Below are positions 47,440 to 51,736 of a DNA stretch of 51,736 nucleotides, piece by piece (position 1 is the stretch's first letter; the number at the start of each line of letters is the position of its first letter). The notes beneath the pieces are model-generated. The model was not told the DNA's origin. It worked only from the letters and a program-made list of their open reading frames with translations, and did not search any database. Source of the stretch: Candidatus Cloacimonadota bacterium (GTDB lineage: Bacteria; Cloacimonadota; Cloacimonadia; Cloacimonadales; JAMOQM01); NCBI GenBank assembly GCA_027064005.1, contig JAMOQM010000051.1:1-51736 (forward strand), given 5' to 3'. The position numbers and the translations under genes are program-made.

Positions 47440-48435
47440 ATGGATATTTTAGAAAGTTTTAAAGCAAAAGCAAAATCCCTGCACGGAACAATTGTTTTAC
47501 CGGAAGCTTGGGATGTAAGAATGTTGAAAGCTACCGAAGCACTTTTAAAAGAAGAAATTTGTAAAGTTGTATTGCTCGGAAAAGAAAACGAAGTCTTTGA
47601 ATTAGCAAAAGAAAATGGCATTATTGTCGATGGAGCTCAAGTAATTGATCCTGAAAATTATGATAAAATTAACGAGTTTGAAGAATTCTTTTTTGAAAAA
47701 CGAAAGAAAAAAGGAATTACTAAAGAACAAGCAGCTGAAATCGTTCGAAAACCTTTATTTTTCGGGGCACTTCTCGTAAAATTCAATTTAGTTAACGGAA
47801 TGGTTGCCGGAGCAGCAAATACGACCGGAGATGTTTTAAGAGCCGCTCTTCAAGTTGTGGGTGTAACTCCCGGTTTAAAAACAGTTTCCAGCTCATTTAT
47901 TATGGTTATCCCTGATTTTATGGGTGAAGATAAAGTAATGCTTTTCTCTGATTGTGCAGTTGTTCCGAATCCGACTGCTGAACAATTGGCTGATATTGCC
48001 AAAAGTACTGCAAAAACCAGAAGAGCTCTTTTGGGTGATGAACCTAAAGTTGCCTTATTATCATTTTCTACAAAAGGCAGTGCCAAACATGAGTTGGTGG
48101 ATAAAGTTTTGGAAGCTAAATCTATTCTTGAAAAAGATAAAGTTGATTTTGACTTTGATGGCGAACTTCAACTTGATGCTGCCATTGTTCCTAAAGTTGC
48201 TGCTTCAAAAGCACCGGGAAGTAGTGTTGCCGGGAATGCAAATGTGCTAATATTCCCTGATTTACAAGCCGGAAATATTGGCTATAAATTAACTCAAAGA
48301 TTAGCCAAAGCTGAAGCGATTGGACCTGTAATTCAAGGATTAGCCGCTCCGATATGTGACCTATCAAGAGGCTGTTCCTGGGAAGATATTTATAATACTG
48401 CCTCATTGGTATTATTGATGTCACAAAATAAATAG
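47440..48435 (+). CDS. pta: Phosphate acetyltransferase
   Basis: SFSTKGS, DGELQLDAA, FPDLQAGNIGYK, DLSRG. Confidence 0.95.
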   Translation: MDILESFKAKAKSLHGTIVLPEAWDVRMLKATEALLKEEICKVVLLGKENEVFELAKENGIIVDGAQVIDPENYDKINEFEEFFFEKRKKKGITKEQAAEIVRKPLFFGALLVKFNLVNGMVAGAANTTGDVLRAALQVVGVTPGLKTVSSSFIMVIPDFMGEDKVMLFSDCAVVPNPTAEQLADIAKSTAKTRRALLGDEPKVALLSFSTKGSAKHELVDKVLEAKSILEKDKVDFDFDGELQLDAAIVPKVAASKAPGSSVAGNANVLIFPDLQAGNIGYKLTQRLAKAEAIGPVIQGLAAPICDLSRGCSWEDIYNTASLVLLMSQNK

Positions 48436-48519
48436 TTGATAGTGTGAAAAATAAATAAATAAATTTGCTTTTCAAAACAATTTATTTATTATCTTATAAA
48501 CTAAAACTTAGGAGATTAA

Positions 48520-48876
48520 ATGGAACATTTAACAGCAGATACTTTTAAAGAAAAAGTATTTAATTATGAAAAAAATAAAGATTGGACTTTTGAAGGAAAT
48601 ATCCCTTGTATTATTGATTTTTACGCTGATTGGTGCGGACCTTGTAAAATGGTAGCACCTGTTTTAGAAGAATTATCAAAAGAATATGAAGGTAAAGTAA
48701 ATATTTACAAAGTTGACACTGAAGCACAACAAGAATTGGCCGGACTTTTTGGCATTAGAAGTATTCCTTCAATTCTTTTTGTTCCAATGGGTGAACAACC
48801 TCAAATGGCAATGGGTGCTCTTCCAAAAGAATCTATTGAAGATGCAATCAAAAACGTTCTTAAAGTTGAAAAATAA
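48520..48876 (+). CDS. trxA: Thioredoxin
   Basis: DFYADWCGPCK, IRSIP. Confidence 0.93.
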   Translation: MEHLTADTFKEKVFNYEKNKDWTFEGNIPCIIDFYADWCGPCKMVAPVLEELSKEYEGKVNIYKVDTEAQQELAGLFGIRSIPSILFVPMGEQPQMAMGALPKESIEDAIKNVLKVEK

Positions 48877-48877
48877 G

Positions 48878-50350
48878 CTAATTTGAATTATTTTCAAAAA
48901 CCCGTTTCGGCGGGTTTTTTTGTTTTTTAAGCAATATAGCAATTCCAAATAATAAAAATAATCCCATCATAAATATTGGCTTTCTGTAATTCATAACTTC
49001 ATATTTAAAAGGCATTGAACTTAATTTAATTACCACCATTTTAAAGAAAAACATCAAACTATAAAAAGCCGATTGATAGACATTTAAGATGAATTGGAAA
49101 TTCGGGAGAGCTAAAATCAAAAGAGCTGTTGAAAGAATTATCCCGAAAAAAGGTATTCCGAAAATATTCGCAATAATCCCATTCAAATTAAATTGTCCGA
49201 AATTATAAATAGTAATCGGTGATAAAAATAAGGTGAGAATTGCACTTGTTTGAATTATTTCGAGAAAGTTTATCAAAATATTTAGAATCTTATTTTCATG
49301 AGATTTGAATTTGAAAGGGATAAAATTAATGAGGACAATTACAGCGGTAAATGACATTTGAAATCCAACCGAGAATATTTCTTTGGGATTTATAATTGTG
49401 ATTATGAGAAAAGCAATGGCGATAATTTGATTTTTATTTATCGGTCTTTCAAGAATTTTAGAGATATAAAAAACGATAATCATTATTGATGCTCTGGTTA
49501 CGGAAGCACTCCAATTGCATATTGCTGCATAAAAAATCAACAATATTATTGAAGCGATTCTGGCGTAATTTCTATTCGGAAAGATTATTTTGAAAAAAAT
49601 GTAAAAGATAAAAGAAATCATTCCAACATGTAAACCACTGACTGCAAGTAAATGACTCATCCCGGAATTTTGGAGAATTTTTTTCCAAAATCTGATTCTT
49701 CCTTTATCTCCGGTAATAATTGCTTTTACGAATTCTGAATTTTTACCAAATCTTTCTTTAATCCTATATTTAAGAGTTTCTTTTAGTTTTTGAACCCAAT
49801 TTTTGAAGTAGTTATTTTTATGAGAAATCAAAACAATTGGAGTAATATTTTCGGCAATAGCTTCAATATCTTGATTCTGAAGATATTTTATTTGAGATGG
49901 TTTTTTGCAATATTTCTTTAAGTTTTTAACTCTAAAAATTGCTTGGATAAAGTCACCGTTTTTTAAAAATTGGTTATCAGTTTCTAAATAAATTTTCCCT
50001 TCGGCTTTACAGCCGGCAATTTCCAATATTTTTGCTTTGTATTTTAATGAATGATTTTTGATGATAGGAAAAGAATCTATTTCTAATATTATTTTTTGAG
50101 TTATCTCATCTTTGTTTTTAAGAATATTTGAAATAGAAATTTCAGACTTTGGAATTCCAACTCGTAAACCGCCTAAAATAAAAATCAAAATAAGAATTGT
50201 TATCTTTCTGAATCTTTTATAAATCAGAAAAATACTAAAAGCAATAAACAAAACAATTAGGATATAAAAATTTACTAATTTACCACTTAGAATACCGAAT
50301 CCCCAAAAAATTGCCGGTAAAACTAAAGGTGATGGCAATTCCTTTTCCAC
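48878..50350 (-). CDS. comEC: ComEC/Rec2 competence channel (no metallo-beta-lactamase domain)
   Basis: SHLLAVSGLHVG, SVTRA.IM, GFQMSF. Confidence 0.85.
   Translation of the reverse strand: MEKELPSPLVLPAIFWGFGILSGKLVNFYILIVLFIAFSIFLIYKRFRKITILILIFILGGLRVGIPKSEISISNILKNKDEITQKIILEIDSFPIIKNHSLKYKAKILEIAGCKAEGKIYLETDNQFLKNGDFIQAIFRVKNLKKYCKKPSQIKYLQNQDIEAIAENITPIVLISHKNNYFKNWVQKLKETLKYRIKERFGKNSEFVKAIITGDKGRIRFWKKILQNSGMSHLLAVSGLHVGMISFIFYIFFKIIFPNRNYARIASIILLIFYAAICNWSASVTRASIMIIVFYISKILERPINKNQIIAIAFLIITIINPKEIFSVGFQMSFTAVIVLINFIPFKFKSHENKILNILINFLEIIQTSAILTLFLSPITIYNFGQFNLNGIIANIFGIPFFGIILSTALLILALPNFQFILNVYQSAFYSLMFFFKMVVIKLSSMPFKYEVMNYRKPIFMMGLFLLFGIAILLKKQKNPPKRVFENNSN
48896..48921 (+). 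terminator. trxA terminator embedded in the 3' end of comEC
   Basis: AAAAACCCGT-ttcg-GCGGGTTTTT-T. Confidence 0.75.
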
Positions 50351-50365
50351 AAAGCCCCCAACAAT

Positions 50366-50842
50366 CTACAAAATCTTGATTAATTTCTCCTTAATGTCAT
50401 CAAAATGACTTCCTTGCCAATAAATTTTACCACATTTTTTACACACGAAAAAGTCTTTATTATTTTCAAAAACATATTTCGGAACTTTTTCTTTAACAAA
50501 TTCAGCTTTTGCCGGTTCTAAAATTCTATTACACAAACTGCATCTTGTTGCAAAATAATCTTCTTTGAATTCTATTATTCCTTTCAGCTCTTCTAATTGT
50601 TTTTCATAAAAAACAGACTTAATCAAAATAATCCTATATTTGGATGTTTGTTTCGATTCTTTAGGACTGCGAGTTAAAATTATTCGCCTATCTTTAGCCG
50701 CAATTCTTAAAACATTATGAAAAGATATTTTTGGATAAAGAACTGCATCATATCCCAATAATCTCAAAAATTTAGCAAGTTTGCCAAGATTATCTCTAAG
50801 AATGAATTTCGGTTTTGCTCTATTTTTTTCTTGATTAATCAC
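50366..50842 (-). CDS. Mut7-C RNase domain protein
   Basis: LGKLAKFLRLLGYD, RCSLCN, C..CGKIYWQGSH. Confidence 0.85.
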   Translation of the reverse strand: MINQEKNRAKPKFILRDNLGKLAKFLRLLGYDAVLYPKISFHNVLRIAAKDRRIILTRSPKESKQTSKYRIILIKSVFYEKQLEELKGIIEFKEDYFATRCSLCNRILEPAKAEFVKEKVPKYVFENNKDFFVCKKCGKIYWQGSHFDDIKEKLIKIL

Positions 50843-51515
50843 GCGAACCCCTCAATACTAACAATCTGATTAATTGAACTAATGCCATTAATGTGGCTGC
50901 AATATAAGTCAATGCTGCCGCATTTAAAACAGCTCTGGCTCCTTTCATTTGATTATTCTCAATTAAAAAAGAATCTTTTAATTCAACCAAAGCTCGATGA
51001 GAAGCATCAAATTCCACCGGAAGTGTTACTAAATGAAAAATAAGAGCCGCACTGAAAAAAATTATTCCCAAATCCATTAAAAACGGCATCCCGAAGAATA
51101 ATCCGACCAAAAATAAAGGAAATGCAGCAGAAGAACCAAAACTTGCCACCGGAACTATTTGATTCCTGAGTATCAACGGCAAATATTTTTTTGAATGCTG
51201 TAATGCATGACCTGTTTCATGAGCCGCAATACTTACGGATGAAATTGAGTCTCCGTAAAAAACATCATTTGATAGATGTAATTCTCGTTTTTGCGGATCA
51301 TAATGATCAGAAAGAGTACCGTCTATAGGTAAAATGGCAATATCATTCAAATTATTTTTATCCAAAATATATCTTGCTACTTCTTCGCCTGTTTTACCGG
51401 AATTATTTCTTACTTTCAGATATTTTTGATAATTACCTTTGACTTTTGATTGAGCATAAAATGCTAAAATCATAACAGGTATCAACAACATAAATGTAGG
51501 ATCGTAAAAAAACAT
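50835..51515 (-). CDS. Membrane zinc metallopeptidase (YugP-like)
   Basis: LSDHYDP, AAHETGHALQH, TLPVEFDAS, AAALTY. Confidence 0.88.
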   Translation of the reverse strand: MFFYDPTFMLLIPVMILAFYAQSKVKGNYQKYLKVRNNSGKTGEEVARYILDKNNLNDIAILPIDGTLSDHYDPQKRELHLSNDVFYGDSISSVSIAAHETGHALQHSKKYLPLILRNQIVPVASFGSSAAFPLFLVGLFFGMPFLMDLGIIFFSAALIFHLVTLPVEFDASHRALVELKDSFLIENNQMKGARAVLNAAALTYIAATLMALVQLIRLLVLRGSRD

Positions 51516-51667
51516 AATTTCCTCCCTTTGAATTTATATAAAAATATAAGCCTTTTCTTTGTCAAAATATTCATTAATAAAAATAACTCAAAAGAAGTAA
51601 ATTAGTTTCATTTTTTTTCATTGATAATGTTTTTTCAAAATTACAAAAGCCAAAAGCGGATTGGAGA

Positions 51668-51736
51668 GTAGAACAATCCGCCGGATTGTTTATTTAATTC
51701 CTCAACCTGTTAAAATCTTTTTAGAAAGTAGAGACG
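51668..51736 (+). repeat. Third copy of the GTAG REP doublet, cut by the window edge
   Basis: GTAGAACAATCCGCCGGATTGTT...TCAACCTGTTAAAATCTTTTTAGAAAGTAGAGACG. Confidence 0.8.

Noticed and set aside
85-48475. Short antisense or alternate-frame ORFs in the track (e.g. 5647-6000, 24679-25026, 33801-34175, 45431-45766)
   Set aside because: They overlap well-supported genes and have no motifs; shadow ORFs.
14344-51565. Recurrent TGTCAA upstream of minus-strand genes as a regulator site
   Set aside because: It is the reverse complement of the sigma70 -35 box TTGACA; ordinary promoters explain it.

Overview
Low-GC, AT-rich bacterial chromosomal window from a diderm (LPS heptosyltransferases, MsbA, GmhA). 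The gene mix is reminiscent of Cloacimonadota-like anaerobes, but this is inference only. Contents: (1) 1-14.3 kb, a minus-strand LPS/surface-glycan cluster (GT9, GT2, GT4, TagB/F-like, msbA) with two gene remnants, interrupted by tandem AAA-ATPase/PD-(D/E)XK genes that are near-identical except for a swapped ~110-aa central cassette. (2) envC-like and GAF/HD-GYP genes. (3) Three Desulfovibrio-type flagellins, each with a CsrA hairpin. (4) gmhA, pilM-like, truncated secretin-like and ptsN genes. (5) ptrB, TPR-HisKA, an acyl-ACP synthetase, GTAG REP elements and a GlmL-like fusion. (6) A TagF-TPR protein, REC-HDOD, and flhF-flhG-orf-fliA. (7) glyS, pta, trxA, comEC, Mut7-C and a YugP-like peptidase. 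The best candidate for an undescribed system is an RNA circuit around the third flagellin. Its ~120-nt leader can fold into a long hairpin that hides the Shine-Dalgarno and the CsrA site. An ORF-less ~120-nt transcript just downstream (own sigma70 promoter and terminator) is complementary to the inhibitory arm of that leader and also to the same gene's 3' UTR.
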